Shown piece after piece: positions 53,831 through 64,000 of a stretch of DNA of 64,000 nt. Source of the DNA: Arcobacteraceae bacterium (lineage in GTDB: Bacteria > Campylobacterota > Campylobacteria > Campylobacterales > Arcobacteraceae); contig CBDCZH010000015.1 in the NCBI GenBank assembly GCA_965224485.1, positions 448,001 to 512,000 on the forward strand, written 5' to 3'. Position 1 is the stretch's first letter; the number at the start of each line of letters is the position of its first letter. The notes beneath the pieces are model-generated. The model saw only the letters and a list, made by a program, of their open reading frames with translations, was not told the DNA's origin and made no database searches. The position numbers and the translations under genes are program-made.

Positions 53831-56377
53831 TTAATAATGCACTTAATGATATGAACATTGAAGTTGAAGATTTAATTGCTAATAATGCTAGCGATTTTGA
53901 AATTTCAAAAGTTTTTAAAATCTATATCAAAAAATATATAAACTCAATAGATACAACTGTTAATACAACAGGAGGTAAAGATTTATTCGTTAAACATACA
54001 AAAACAACAGATAAATTTTTAATTTCTTTATATAAATATATTTTGCGAAAACACTTTGGTTCTTATCAACCAATGAGCACTTCTATTCCTATTACTTTAG
54101 TAGCCCTTGGTTCTTACGGACGTGAGCAGTTATGTATTTATTCTGATGTTGATTTAATGATTTTATATGAAGATGTAAAAGGTTATAACTTAAAAGCTAT
54201 TATGGAAGAGTTTATCACCTTAGCTTGGGACTGTGGGCTAAAATTGGGTTCAAGAGTACATGCTTTAAATGAAATACAAGAAGCAGTAAAAGAAGATATT
54301 ACAATAAAAACATCAATGATAGAATCAAGACTTATTTATGGTTCAAAATATCTTTGGTTTGCTTATGAAAATGTATTAAAAAAGATTAGACAAACCCAAC
54401 AACTAGAGTTTGTTCTTGAAAAAACACAAGAGCATAAAACAAGATTATTAAAATATCCCTTATGTATGCAGCCAAATGTTAAAGATGGTTACGGTGGTTT
54501 AAGAGAAGCAAATATGGTTTTTTGGATGGCTAATGTTATTTATGGGGTTAATAGATTAAGAGACTTAATGGATATTGTGTTTAGTGAAAAAGAGTATAGA
54601 GTATATAGAACCTCTTTAGAATACATTTTTCAAGTAAGAAATCATTTACATAATATTGCTAAAAAGAAATTAGATGTAGTGACTTTTGATGTGCTACCAG
54701 AATTAAGTACTAAACTAGGGTTTAGAAATAAAGAAAGAAGAACTAAAGAGAGACAGGCTATGGCCAAGATTTTAGAATCTTTACATAATGTTCATTTTTT
54801 TACAACAGTCATCACAAAAAAAATAGTAAGAAAAGTTCTATTTGATAAGAATAACTTTGCAATAATAAAAAAAACATAGATACAAAAAGAATTTATTTAT
54901 TTATGAAAATAAATTATATACTTCTTTTTGTGCAAAAGCCAAAACCTTAGATGTTTTATTAAAAGAAATTCTTCTTTTTCCAAATGAGGTAAAAAAGTTT
55001 GATAGATCATATATATATAATGTAAGCAAAACTATTATGCCAACGAAACAAAATAATACTCATAAAAATTTAATAAAGCAGATTTTATATAAAGAATCCT
55101 TGTACCCTATTATGAAACTTTTATATAATGCAAGAATTTTTAAAAGCATTTTTCCTGTTGCAAAACTAATAATAGACCAACCTCAATTTGATGGTTACCA
55201 TGAACTTCCTGTTGATGTGCACTCAATAAAAACATTAAAACACTTAGAAAATATTGAAGATGATTTTGTAAAAGAACTTTATTCCAAAATGGAAGAGAGA
55301 AATAAAGCTTTAGTAAGAATAGCAACATTTTTTCACGACATTGGAAAAGGAAGAATAAGTGATCATCATGAAGCAGGAGCAAATTTATTTAAATTCTTCT
55401 CTAAGGGTATTTTTATAGATTCAAGTGATATTGTAATAATTACAAAGTTAATAAAATACCACAATATTATGAGTCGTGTAGCAACAAATGAAGATATTTA
55501 TTCACAAAAAGTAATTCTTAGTTTTACAGCTCTTGTACAAAATAAGAGTTTCTTACAGATGTTGTATGTTTTAACCTATGCAGATATAAAAGCTGTTGGG
55601 AAAAATATTTATACTAGTTCAACTTCTTCTTTATTAAAAGTTTTATATACACAAAGTTTACCTGCTTTTGATAACATAGCTTTATTAAGTGAAAACTCAA
55701 GAAGAAACTCTAAAATGTCTACACTTAAAAATCTTACAAGATTTAAGAATCTATCTTCTTTAATGAAAAGAAAAATATCTTATATCTCTTCAAATCAAAT
55801 ATTTTTACAACTTAAAGCAAGTGAAATTTTAGACTTAGCAATAAGAGCGAAAGATGTAAAAGAATTTACATATAAAATTCTTAATGAAGAAGTTCTAATA
55901 ATTAGAATAATAAGAGCAATTCCTATTAATTTAGGTTATTTATTAGGAAAACTTGAATTTTTAGATATTACTACTATGAATATATATAAACTTTTTGATG
56001 AAAAAAAATGTTTTGAGATAAAATTTTCCCAAAAAGTGAATACAGATGATTTACTTTTTATAGAAGAAGTTGTTCAAAACTCAAGTAATATGCATATAAA
56101 TACAAAAATAAGCTCACCTTTGATAAAAAATAGTGAAATTATAATTGATTGCAATCATACTTCATATCTAGCTTCAATGAAAATAAAAACAAAAGATCAA
56201 AAAGGTTTATTGGCATATATAACAAAAATATTAGATGACTTTGAAGTTGAAATTGAAAGTGCTCAATTATATGCAAGTAGAGGGAAAGCAAGGGATTTAT
56301 TCTTAATTGAAAAAAATGGCAATTTTGTATCAAATGCCTTAGAAATAAAAGAACTCATTTGCTCAAATAGTAAATAA
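53827..56377 (+). pseudogene. glnD: PII uridylyltransferase GlnD split by one extra A in an A8 tract (54867-54874)
   Basis: ALGSYGREQL..SDVDL, PNVKDGYGGLRE in frame 1; HDIGKG and ACT (KDQKGLLAYI) in frame 2; removing one A gives one 849-aa ORF. Confidence 0.88.
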
Positions 56378-56387
56378 GTTCATATTA

Positions 56388-57275
56388 TTAGCTTTTCTTC
56401 TTTCTTAGTTTTTTAAAAGTATCTATTGAAAAAATAACTAAAGCTAACCAAATTAGAGAAAAACTTATAAGCTTATCAATGTTAAAATCTTCTTTATATA
56501 TAAAAATAGCTAATAAAAAAGTACAAGTAGGTCCAATATACTGAAAAAAACCTAAGCTAGTAAGTTTCATTCTAGTAGCAGCTCCATTGAATAAAAGCAA
56601 GGGAATAATAGTAACTAAACCTCCAAGACTCAGCATAATACTTATATAAGAACTAGAATTTAAAAATGACATAGTATTTGAAGAAATTATATAATACAAA
56701 AAACCCAAAGCAAAAGGCAGTAACATTAAGGTTTCAACAAAAAGTCCAACAATTGAGCCTACATTTATCTTTTTTCTAATCATTCCATAAAAAGCGAACG
56801 TAAAAGCTAAAGTAAGTGAAACAAGAGGAATAGAACCTAAAGAAATTATTTGATATAAAACAGCCATAAATGCTAGGAAAATTGCAAAATATTGATTTTT
56901 TGTCATTCTTTCTTGAAAAATTAAAAAACCTAATAATACATTTACTAATGGATTTATATAATATCCAAGTGCTGTTTCAATTATTCTGTCATTTGCAACA
57001 GCCCATATAAAAACAATCCAATTTAAAGAAATAAAAATTGTTGAGAAAAAAAGATATTTTAGTTTTTTAGTATCTTTTAATAAAGTTTTTAAAACATCTA
57101 TTTGATTATTTAAAAACAAAAGTGGTATTAAAATTATAAAAGACCAAATAATTCTATGCATTAAAACTTCCAAGGGTTCAACACTTGCTACTTGTTTAAA
57201 ATATATTGGAGCTAATGCTCCCCAAAATAAAAATGCAAAAACTGCATAAATTTGTCCTAATTTGTTTTCATTCAT
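56388..57275 (-). CDS. rarD: EamA/DMT transporter RarD
   Basis: HRIIWS, NWIVFIWAV, ALGYYINPL, GFFQYIGP. Confidence 0.93.
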   Translation of the reverse strand: MNENKLGQIYAVFAFLFWGALAPIYFKQVASVEPLEVLMHRIIWSFIILIPLLFLNNQIDVLKTLLKDTKKLKYLFFSTIFISLNWIVFIWAVANDRIIETALGYYINPLVNVLLGFLIFQERMTKNQYFAIFLAFMAVLYQIISLGSIPLVSLTLAFTFAFYGMIRKKINVGSIVGLFVETLMLLPFALGFLYYIISSNTMSFLNSSSYISIMLSLGGLVTIIPLLLFNGAATRMKLTSLGFFQYIGPTCTFLLAIFIYKEDFNIDKLISFSLIWLALVIFSIDTFKKLRKKKS

Positions 57276-57290
57276 ATCTAATCACTTTTA

Positions 57291-57517
57291 TTAAAATAGT
57301 TCTTTTATTTCTTCAACACTTAGAAGTTTTCAGTACTTTTAACTTCACCATTAATTACTAAAGCAGGAGTACTCATAACACCATAGTTCATGATTTTTTC
57401 TAAATCATCTACTTTTATGATTTGAGCAAATGATTTAGCCTCACTTACAGCTTTTTGTGCATTTAACATTAAAGTTTCACACTTTTTACAGCCTGTTCCT
57501 AAAATTTCTATTTTCAA
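57291..57517 (-). pseudogene. small redox-active disulfide (thioredoxin-like) protein with 1-nt deletion near C-terminus
   Basis: LGTGCKKC, YGVMSTPALVING; inserting a G in ACT-GAAAA restores STGKLLSVEEIKELF*. Confidence 0.75.
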
Positions 57518-57556
57518 ATTTATCCTTTAAATTTATATATTATTCATAATATAAGT

Positions 57557-58516
57557 CTATAAAATTGCATTAAATACATAACCAATTAGTATTATACCAC
57601 TTCCTACAATGAAAAAAAACAAAGCTATTAATTTTATATGTAATAATCTTTTTAATATCATTGCTTCTGGAAAAGACAAGGCAGTAACAGCCATCATAAA
57701 AGATAAAGCAGTTCCTAAAAGCATACCTTTTTGGGTTAATACTTCAATTAAAGGCATAACTCCAGCAGCTCCTGAATACATTGGTATTCCTAAAATTACA
57801 GCTAAAGGAACAGTATACCAAGCATCACCACCTGCCCATTTTGCTATAAAATCAGTAGGAACATATCCATGAATCATGGCACCAACAATAATTCCAACAA
57901 TTACATATAAATAAATCTTTTTAAATAAATCAAAAGTATAAGCCCAAGATTCTTTAATTCTTGATTTTGTATTAAGTTTTATTTTAGGATTAGAGCAACA
58001 TCCCTGCATTACTTTTACATCTATTAAAATATATTTTTCAACATTCATTTTTCCAATTACATAACCACCTACAATTGCAATAAATAAACCAAAACCTATA
58101 TAAAGAAGTGTTATTTTCCAACCAAAAAGAGTAAAAAGTAAGGCTATTGCAATTTCATTATTTAAAGGTGCAGATATTAAAAAAGAAAAGGTAACACCTA
58201 AAGGAATTCTAGCTTGCAAAAAACCTAAAAATAAAGGAATAGCACTACAGGTGCAAAAAGGAGTGATTATTCCAAACAAAGAAGCTAAAACATTACCTGT
58301 AAATTCTGATTTTCCTTGTAAATAAGCTCTAACTTTTTCTACATTAAACCAAGTTCTTAAATAAGAAACAAGAAAGATAATACCAAGAAGTAAGATAAAA
58401 ATTTTTACTGTATCATAAATAAAAAAATGAATAGCCTGTGCAAACTTACTACTAGAACTTAAGTTCAGTAAAGAATATATCAAATAATCAACAAGTTTTT
58501 CCCAATAAAAAAACAT
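57557..58516 (-). CDS. arsP: ArsP (DUF318) permease
   Basis: FFIYDTVKI, TPFCTCSAIP, FLISAP, GIPMY, ALSFPE. Confidence 0.88.
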   Translation of the reverse strand: MFFYWEKLVDYLIYSLLNLSSSSKFAQAIHFFIYDTVKIFILLLGIIFLVSYLRTWFNVEKVRAYLQGKSEFTGNVLASLFGIITPFCTCSAIPLFLGFLQARIPLGVTFSFLISAPLNNEIAIALLFTLFGWKITLLYIGFGLFIAIVGGYVIGKMNVEKYILIDVKVMQGCCSNPKIKLNTKSRIKESWAYTFDLFKKIYLYVIVGIIVGAMIHGYVPTDFIAKWAGGDAWYTVPLAVILGIPMYSGAAGVMPLIEVLTQKGMLLGTALSFMMAVTALSFPEAMILKRLLHIKLIALFFFIVGSGIILIGYVFNAIL

Positions 58517-58917
58517 TATACACCTAACTCTGCTTTAATTTTAGGCACTAAAACACTTTTAATTTCATCATAAGTATCCAAAAAAGCTAAATAATCTTTT
58601 CCATTGGGATCTTCAAATCCTATATGAATTATTTTTGAAGCTTTTGGAAAAATAGGACAATTTTCACTTGCATTGCTGCAAACAGTAACTACTAAATCAT
58701 AATCATTTCTAATAACAGCTTCAAGGGTTTTACTATGATAATATTCTTGCCAAATACCTTTTTCTTTTAATACTTTTATAGCATTTGCATTTACTTCCAT
58801 ACTTGCTTTTACCCCAGAAGAATCAGCTTGAATATCTTTACAATTTGCATTTATTAAAGCTTCTGCGATTATACTTCTGCAAGAGTTTCCTGTACATAAA
58901 ATTAAAACTTTTTTCAT
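58516..58917 (-). CDS. arsC: arsenate reductase, LMW-PTP/thioredoxin type
   Basis: LCTGNSCRS, VTVC..A.ENCP, FEDP. Confidence 0.93.
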   Translation of the reverse strand: MKKVLILCTGNSCRSIIAEALINANCKDIQADSSGVKASMEVNANAIKVLKEKGIWQEYYHSKTLEAVIRNDYDLVVTVCSNASENCPIFPKASKIIHIGFEDPNGKDYLAFLDTYDEIKSVLVPKIKAELGV

Positions 58918-58945
58918 TTAATATCCTTTATAATTTTTAAATATT

Positions 58946-60196
58946 TTATAAGGCTAATAAAACTATTAGCAAGACAGGAGGAGTTATAAGTAAACCAAAT
59001 TTACTATATTGTAAAAATGAGATATGAACTCCTTTTTTAGCTAAAACATGCAACCATAATAAAGTAGCTAGTGAGCCAAAAGGCGTCATTTTAGGTCCTA
59101 AGTTACATCCTATTATATTTGCATATGCTAAAGCTTTATTTGGTATATCTTGTAAGGCTATATCCATAATCATAACAGTTGGCATATTATTCATAATAGC
59201 TGATAAAAAAGCAGAAATAAAACCAGTTCCAAGAATTGCAATAGTATCACCACGTTTTGATAAATATTGTAAAACAAGAGCTAAATAATCAGTTAAACCT
59301 GCATTTTTTAAACCATATACAACAATATATAAACCAATACTAAACCAAACTACTTGCCAAGGTGCATTTTTTATAATATGTAGTGGTTCAACACTTTTAA
59401 ACAAGGTAGCAATTATTAAAAAAAGTATCCCTCCTCCTAGTGCAAAAACTGAAATTGGTAAATTATAAATATCTCCTATAAAATATCCAGCTAATAAAAG
59501 AGCTAAAAAAATCCAAGAAAGATTAAATAAAGTTTTATTTTTAATAACAGTACTTGGCTCTGGTAATAAAGATATATCTACATGTTTTGGTAAATCTTTT
59601 CTTAAAATTAACCATAAGAAAAAAATTGAACTTATTACACTTATTATAAAAGGAAAAAACATATTTGAAATATATTCATTAAAACCAATATTAAAATAAT
59701 TAGCAGTTACAATGTTTGTAAGGTTTGAGAATACTAAAGGAAGTGATGCAGAATCTGATATAAATCCACCTGCTAGTAAAAAGGAAATAATTGTTTTAGT
59801 ATTTAATTTTAAAACTCTCATTTTAGAGAGTAAAATAGGAGTTAAGATTAAAGCAGCTCCATCATTTGCAAATAAAGCAGATACAAAAGCTCCTAATAAA
59901 ATAGAATAAATAAACATTTTCAAAGTATTTCCCTTTGAAAATTTAGCCATTTTAAGTGCACACCATTCAAAAAAACCAATTTCATCCAAAACCATAGACA
60001 AGATGATAATACCTATAAAAGATAAGGTTGCATCCCAAACAATATCACTTACAATTAAAACATCATTTAAACTAACAACTCCTAAAAGCAAAGCTACAAT
60101 AGCACCAACAACAGCACTAGTTCCAATTTGTAGATTTTTAGGTTGCCAAATTACAAAAACTAAAGTAACTAGAAAAATACCACTTGCTAATAACAT
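58946..60196 (-). CDS. arsB: arsenite efflux pump
   Basis: LVFVIWQP, ANDGAALILTP, SNLTNIV, MNNMPTV, LGPKMTPFGSLATLLW. Confidence 0.95.
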   Translation of the reverse strand: MLLASGIFLVTLVFVIWQPKNLQIGTSAVVGAIVALLLGVVSLNDVLIVSDIVWDATLSFIGIIILSMVLDEIGFFEWCALKMAKFSKGNTLKMFIYSILLGAFVSALFANDGAALILTPILLSKMRVLKLNTKTIISFLLAGGFISDSASLPLVFSNLTNIVTANYFNIGFNEYISNMFFPFIISVISSIFFLWLILRKDLPKHVDISLLPEPSTVIKNKTLFNLSWIFLALLLAGYFIGDIYNLPISVFALGGGILFLIIATLFKSVEPLHIIKNAPWQVVWFSIGLYIVVYGLKNAGLTDYLALVLQYLSKRGDTIAILGTGFISAFLSAIMNNMPTVMIMDIALQDIPNKALAYANIIGCNLGPKMTPFGSLATLLWLHVLAKKGVHISFLQYSKFGLLITPPVLLIVLLAL

Positions 60197-60219
60197 ATTC
60201 TCTCCTATTTATATATTCT

Positions 60220-60241
60220 TATATCAAGATATATTGATATA
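60220..60241. promoter_or_regulatory. ArsR operator upstream of arsB
   Basis: TATATCAA-GATATA-TTGATATA, same ATATCAA-N6-TTGATAT core as at arsR. Confidence 0.7.
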
Positions 60242-60250
60242 TTTATCAAA

Positions 60251-60269
60251 AGTAAACCTTAGGTTTACT
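60251..60269 (-). terminator. possible terminator after arsR-GGCT
   Basis: agtaaacc-tta-ggtttact hairpin followed by T run on minus strand. Confidence 0.45.
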
Positions 60270-60615
60270 CCTCAATCTCTTCATCACTTGCTTTTAAAAC
60301 ATATATATATGTGTCAACTTCTAATTCATCGTAACGCTCAACTTGTACAGGACTTCTAAAAAACTCTTCACCTTCAAATTCATCAAGATTATCCCAGTGA
60401 TTAATTAAATTATTTGAAGTAAACAAAAAACCGTGAATAGTATCACCTTCTTCATCTAATTTAATTCCAGGGTATCCCATAGAAGCAGACCAACCTGCAT
60501 CTTTTAAATAACCTCTTACAGTTGCTGGTAAAAATTTACCTACAATATTTTCTAAAACATGTCCATTAGGACAGTTTGGCATCAAAGTACCATATACAAA
60601 AAGTGTTTCACTCAT
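60265..60615 (-). CDS. gamma-glutamylcyclotransferase (AIG2/YtfP-like) family protein
   Basis: LFVYGTLM, YPGI, LDEFEG. Confidence 0.88.
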   Translation of the reverse strand: MSETLFVYGTLMPNCPNGHVLENIVGKFLPATVRGYLKDAGWSASMGYPGIKLDEEGDTIHGFLFTSNNLINHWDNLDEFEGEEFFRSPVQVERYDELEVDTYIYVLKASDEEIEE

Positions 60616-60923
60616 TTGTTATCACATGCTCTTTCTAATTTTGGTAAGTCTATATTTAAAGTCATAATTTCTTTCATACAAGAAATTCTAAACTCATCTA
60701 AAGGTGCTCGTAAAGAATAATAAGCCCAACGACCTACTCTCTCAACTCTTAAGAACCCAGCTTCTTTTAAAATTTTTAAATGCCTTGAGAGTCTTGATTG
60801 AATCATATCAAAAGAGACTTCTAAATCACAAACACAACATTTATCATGAAGATTTATAAACTTTAAAATCTTAACTCTTGTTTCATCATTTAACGCAGCA
60901 GCAGATTTTAAAAATACATCCAT
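60612..60923 (-). CDS. arsR: ArsR/SmtB metalloregulator
   Basis: ALNDETR, CCVCDL, QSRLSRHLKILKEAG, GRWAYYSL. Confidence 0.93.
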   Translation of the reverse strand: MDVFLKSAAALNDETRVKILKFINLHDKCCVCDLEVSFDMIQSRLSRHLKILKEAGFLRVERVGRWAYYSLRAPLDEFRISCMKEIMTLNIDLPKLERACDNK

Positions 60924-60956
60924 AAATTCTCCTTTTTAGAAGTATAGCGTAAAAAT

Positions 60957-60988
60957 ATTAACATATCAACATATCTTGATATGTTAAT
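60957..60988. promoter_or_regulatory. ArsR operator upstream of arsR
   Basis: ATTAACATATCAA-CATATC-TTGATATGTTAAT perfect 13-bp arms; minus-strand TATACT at 60941-60946. Confidence 0.8.
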
Positions 60989-60994
60989 TAAGAT

Positions 60995-61027
60995 AAAAGG
61001 AAAATAGTTAAATTCTATTCTCCTTTT
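60995..61027 (-). terminator. intrinsic terminator of tkt
   Basis: aaaaggaaaatag...ctattctcctttt hairpin just past tkt stop. Confidence 0.6.
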
Positions 61028-61040
61028 AAATTATAAAATT

Positions 61041-62951
61041 CTATAAATCGTTTTTAATTTTTGCTTTTAATTTATCAATTGTAAAACCAAATTCTTCAAA
61101 TAATTCAGGAGCAGGACCACTTGCACCAAAAGTATCCATACCATAAACAACATCAGCATATTTATAATATTCTAATGCACGAGCAGCTTCTACTGCAAAT
61201 ACTTTTGTTTCTTTTTTAATAACTTGGTCAACATAAACTTGATCTTGTTCTAAAAATAGATCAAAACAAGGAACAGAAACAATATTTGCTAAAATTCCAT
61301 CTTTCTCTAGGGCACAAGCAGTTTGTAAAGCTAACATAAGTTCAGATCCAGAAGCCATGATAGTAATACTTGCATTTTCTCTTTTTTTAAGTAAATAAGC
61401 ACCTTTTGAAACTTCTCCAAACTCTTTGTCATCTTTTAAGACTTGAAGTCCTTGACGTGAACAAACAAAAGCAGAAGGAGCATTTAATTTTAATGCTGTT
61501 TTCCAAGAAGCCACATTTTCAGTAGCATCTGCTGGTCTAAATACATAAAAGTTAGGTAAGGCTCTAAATTGTGATAAGTGCTCAATCGGTTGATGAGTTG
61601 GTCCATCTTCACCAACTCCAATTGAATCATGAGTCCAAATAAAGTGCTGAGGAATTGAAGCAAGAGCAGCTATTCGTGCAGCTGGTTTTAAATAATCAGA
61701 GAAAACAAAAAATGTAGCTGAATATACTCTAAATAAACCATATAAATTCATAGCATTTGTAATTGAAGCCATTGCATGCTCTTTTATTCCAAAATGAATA
61801 TTTTTACCATTTGGGAAATCACCAGCATCTTTTAGTTCTGTTTTATTAGAAGGTGCTAAATCAGCAGACCCACCTAAAAATCCAGGAATACTTTGTGCAA
61901 TAGCATTTAAAATCTTATGATTTGAATCTCGTGTTGCTACTTTTGAATCAGCTTCAAAAGTAGGATATACAATTGAATCAAAATTAGGATTTTGTAAATC
62001 TTCTATTTTATCTTTTGTATTGGCACTTAAAGAAGAGTTCCAAGATTTTTCTAGTGCTTCTCCTGTTTTACTTTTATCAAAAGCAGCTTTTACCTCAGAT
62101 GAAACTACAAAAGTTTCATTTTCATCAAAACCAGCTAATTTTTTAGATGCGGCTATTTCTTTATCACCTAAAGGAGAACCATGAGTATGATGACTTCCTT
62201 CCATTGTTGCAGCTCCTTTACCAATAGAAGTATTAGCAATAATTAAAACTGGTTTTGTAGCACTTTTAGCACAAGTTAAAGCATTATTAATTTCATCAAA
62301 GTTATGCCCATCTATTTCAATTACTTCAAAATCAATAGCTTCAAATCTAGTTTTTACATCTTCACTCCAAGCAAGTGATGTATCACCTTCAATAGTAATA
62401 TTATTTGAATCATAAATAATTACTAAATTATCTAATTTATGATGTCCAGCAGTTGCAGTTGCTTCATAAGATAATCCTTCTTGTAAATCTCCATCTCCAC
62501 ATAAACAATAAACTTTATGATTTATTACATCAGATCCTAATAGTTTTTTTGCATATTTCGAAGCCATTGAAAAACCAACAGCATTTGCAATACCTTGTCC
62601 TAAAGGACCAGTTGTAATTTCAATACCATGAGTATGTCCATATTCAGGATGACCTGGAGTTCTTGAGTGTGTTTGTCTAAAGTTTTTCATATCTGCAATA
62701 CTTAAATCAAAACCCCAAAGGTGAAGTAATGAATATACTAATCCAGTTGCATGACCTCCTGAGAATACCAATCTATCTCTATTTAACCACTTAGAGTTTC
62801 CTGGGTTTACATTTAGATGTGAGCTTAATACTGTTGCGATATCTGCAAGTCCCATAGGCGCACCTGGGTGTCCTGAGTTCGCTTTTTGCACCATATCAGC
62901 TGCTAAAAATCTAATTGTATCTGCTTGTTTTTGAAGTAAATCTTGTGACAT
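61041..62951 (-). CDS. tkt: transketolase
   Basis: SGHPGAPMG, TTGPLGQG, GDGDLQEG, THDSIGVGEDGPTHQP. Confidence 0.98.
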   Translation of the reverse strand: MSQDLLQKQADTIRFLAADMVQKANSGHPGAPMGLADIATVLSSHLNVNPGNSKWLNRDRLVFSGGHATGLVYSLLHLWGFDLSIADMKNFRQTHSRTPGHPEYGHTHGIEITTGPLGQGIANAVGFSMASKYAKKLLGSDVINHKVYCLCGDGDLQEGLSYEATATAGHHKLDNLVIIYDSNNITIEGDTSLAWSEDVKTRFEAIDFEVIEIDGHNFDEINNALTCAKSATKPVLIIANTSIGKGAATMEGSHHTHGSPLGDKEIAASKKLAGFDENETFVVSSEVKAAFDKSKTGEALEKSWNSSLSANTKDKIEDLQNPNFDSIVYPTFEADSKVATRDSNHKILNAIAQSIPGFLGGSADLAPSNKTELKDAGDFPNGKNIHFGIKEHAMASITNAMNLYGLFRVYSATFFVFSDYLKPAARIAALASIPQHFIWTHDSIGVGEDGPTHQPIEHLSQFRALPNFYVFRPADATENVASWKTALKLNAPSAFVCSRQGLQVLKDDKEFGEVSKGAYLLKKRENASITIMASGSELMLALQTACALEKDGILANIVSVPCFDLFLEQDQVYVDQVIKKETKVFAVEAARALEYYKYADVVYGMDTFGASGPAPELFEEFGFTIDKLKAKIKNDL

Positions 62952-63043
62952 AAGTATCCTAGTTATTGATTTATATTTAATTTTATGCGATTATATCTAA
63001 TTTTTATTAAAGAGTATTTTAAGGTCTTAACAGTATTTATTTT

Positions 63044-63301
63044 TTAACTATGTAAATTAGGTTCTTCAAAAAAATCTTTTATATTTACATCTAAGATATA
63101 TGCTATCTTACTTAAGTGTTCTACGTTAAAATGGTAACCCTTATGGCTTACTTCAGCATAAGATATTACACTTACACTTTTATGTCCTATTGCTTGAGAT
63201 AGTGCTAGTTGAGAAAAACCTTTTTCTACTCTTATTCTTTTTACATTTTTTCCAATTAGTTCTTGAAATGATTTAATATCAAAGTCGTCTATATTATTCA
63301 T
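63044..63301 (-). CDS. XRE-family HTH protein
   Basis: IGKNVKRIRVEKGFSQLALS...LSKIAYILDVNIKDFF. Confidence 0.8.
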   Translation of the reverse strand: MNNIDDFDIKSFQELIGKNVKRIRVEKGFSQLALSQAIGHKSVSVISYAEVSHKGYHFNVEHLSKIAYILDVNIKDFFEEPNLHS

Positions 63302-63512
63302 ATTTAGAATGCTACCTTATTAGTATAAGTTAATATTAAATTTTATAAAGATAAAATTATTTTTACAACTTATTATAATAAGTTTCTATGTTTTTACCTT
63401 ATCTACTATCAAGACCTTTACTAATATCATCGACTAAATCCTCTTTTATTATTTAAAAGACTCACTATAAAAGTGATTTAATTAATCCATAATATTTATA
63501 TCGTTTTAGATT

Positions 63513-63546
63513 TTATCTATACAAGAGTTTCAACTTGTATAGACAA
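63513..63546. promoter_or_regulatory. two GntR/HutC-type (PhnF-like) operators
   Basis: TTATCTATACAA (63513-63524) and TTGTATAGACAA (63535-63546), inverted relative to each other, upstream of GntR gene. Confidence 0.6.
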
Positions 63547-63612
63547 GATGTAATCTTTGTGTAACTTAAATATTTTATACTTTTTAAATCAAAATATGAT
63601 TTAGGAAATAGT

Positions 63613-64000
63613 ATGAGCAAAGCTTTATATATAAAACTTTATGAAAATATTTTAAAAGACATTGAAAATAAAAAGTATTCTAATTCTTCTAAACTTCCTT
63701 CTGAAAATAACTTAGCGAGCAAATTCGAAGTAAATAGACATACAGTTAGACAAGCTTTAAAACTTTTAAAAGACCAGGGTTATATTTATACGAAACAAGG
63801 AAAAGGTAATTTTATAAGTAATATTAAAGTTCCTTATTCAATATCAAATAAGAGCTCTTATTCATCAAAGATTTTAGATTTAGGATATGAACCTAAGACT
63901 AAACTTCTAAGTGCCAAAATAATAGTTCCAAACGAAGACGTAGCAAAAGTTTTAGGTTTAAATAATAGTTTAAAAGTAATAGAAGTAAAATTATTACGTT
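63613..64000 (+). CDS. phnF: GntR/HutC-family regulator, PhnF-like (truncated by window end)
   Basis: AGGA RBS; MSKALYIKLY...LPSENNLASKFEVNRHTVRQAL...QGKGNF; open to window end; not in ORF track. Confidence 0.75.
   Translation, partial: MSKALYIKLYENILKDIENKKYSNSSKLPSENNLASKFEVNRHTVRQALKLLKDQGYIYTKQGKGNFISNIKVPYSISNKSSYSSKILDLGYEPKTKLLSAKIIVPNEDVAKVLGLNNSLKVIEVKLLR

Noticed and set aside
55037..56377. Independent HD/ACT gene
   Set aside because: Frame stays open upstream to the A8 tract with no RBS at 55037; it is the C-terminal part of glnD
63386..63430. 14-codon minus-strand ORF (MILVKVLIVDKVKT) with AGAGGA upstream
   Set aside because: Too short, no recognisable homology; cannot be supported

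Overview
AT-rich chromosomal window from an Arcobacteraceae member (Campylobacterota); the 16S carries exact matches to the Arcobacter probes ARC94 and ARC1430. In order it holds: a minus-strand rRNA operon (16S, tRNA-less ITS, partial 23S); housekeeping genes (dprA, nhaA, murC, dapC, tgt, gatC, class II DAHP synthase, tal, serB, acpS, panC, rimO, tilS, pyrC, tkt); a TolC/binding-protein/histidine kinase/REC-GGDEF signalling block; a flagellar cluster; a ~17.5 kb nitrogen-assimilation island; an arsenic-resistance cluster; and the start of a PhnF-like regulator. Strongest candidate for an undescribed system: the nitrogen island appears to be controlled by a receiver-less, GAFTGA-less, Walker-B-defective NtrC derivative coupled to glnD. 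A 17-bp palindrome TGTAT-N7-ATACA (an AT-shifted NtrC box) sits 31-32 nt from a sigma70 -10 at four promoters. The island also encodes a cytoplasmic nitrate reductase paired with a fused 4Fe-4S/DmsC-like membrane anchor, and a PP2C-phosphatase/Ser-Thr-kinase fusion. Missed or split by the ORF track: a probable selenocysteine ArsC/Spx-family gene (in-frame TGA plus SECIS-like hairpin, 18129-18476) and two single-base frameshifts (glnD, ars thioredoxin-like gene). All calls are from motif recognition by eye; no searches were run.
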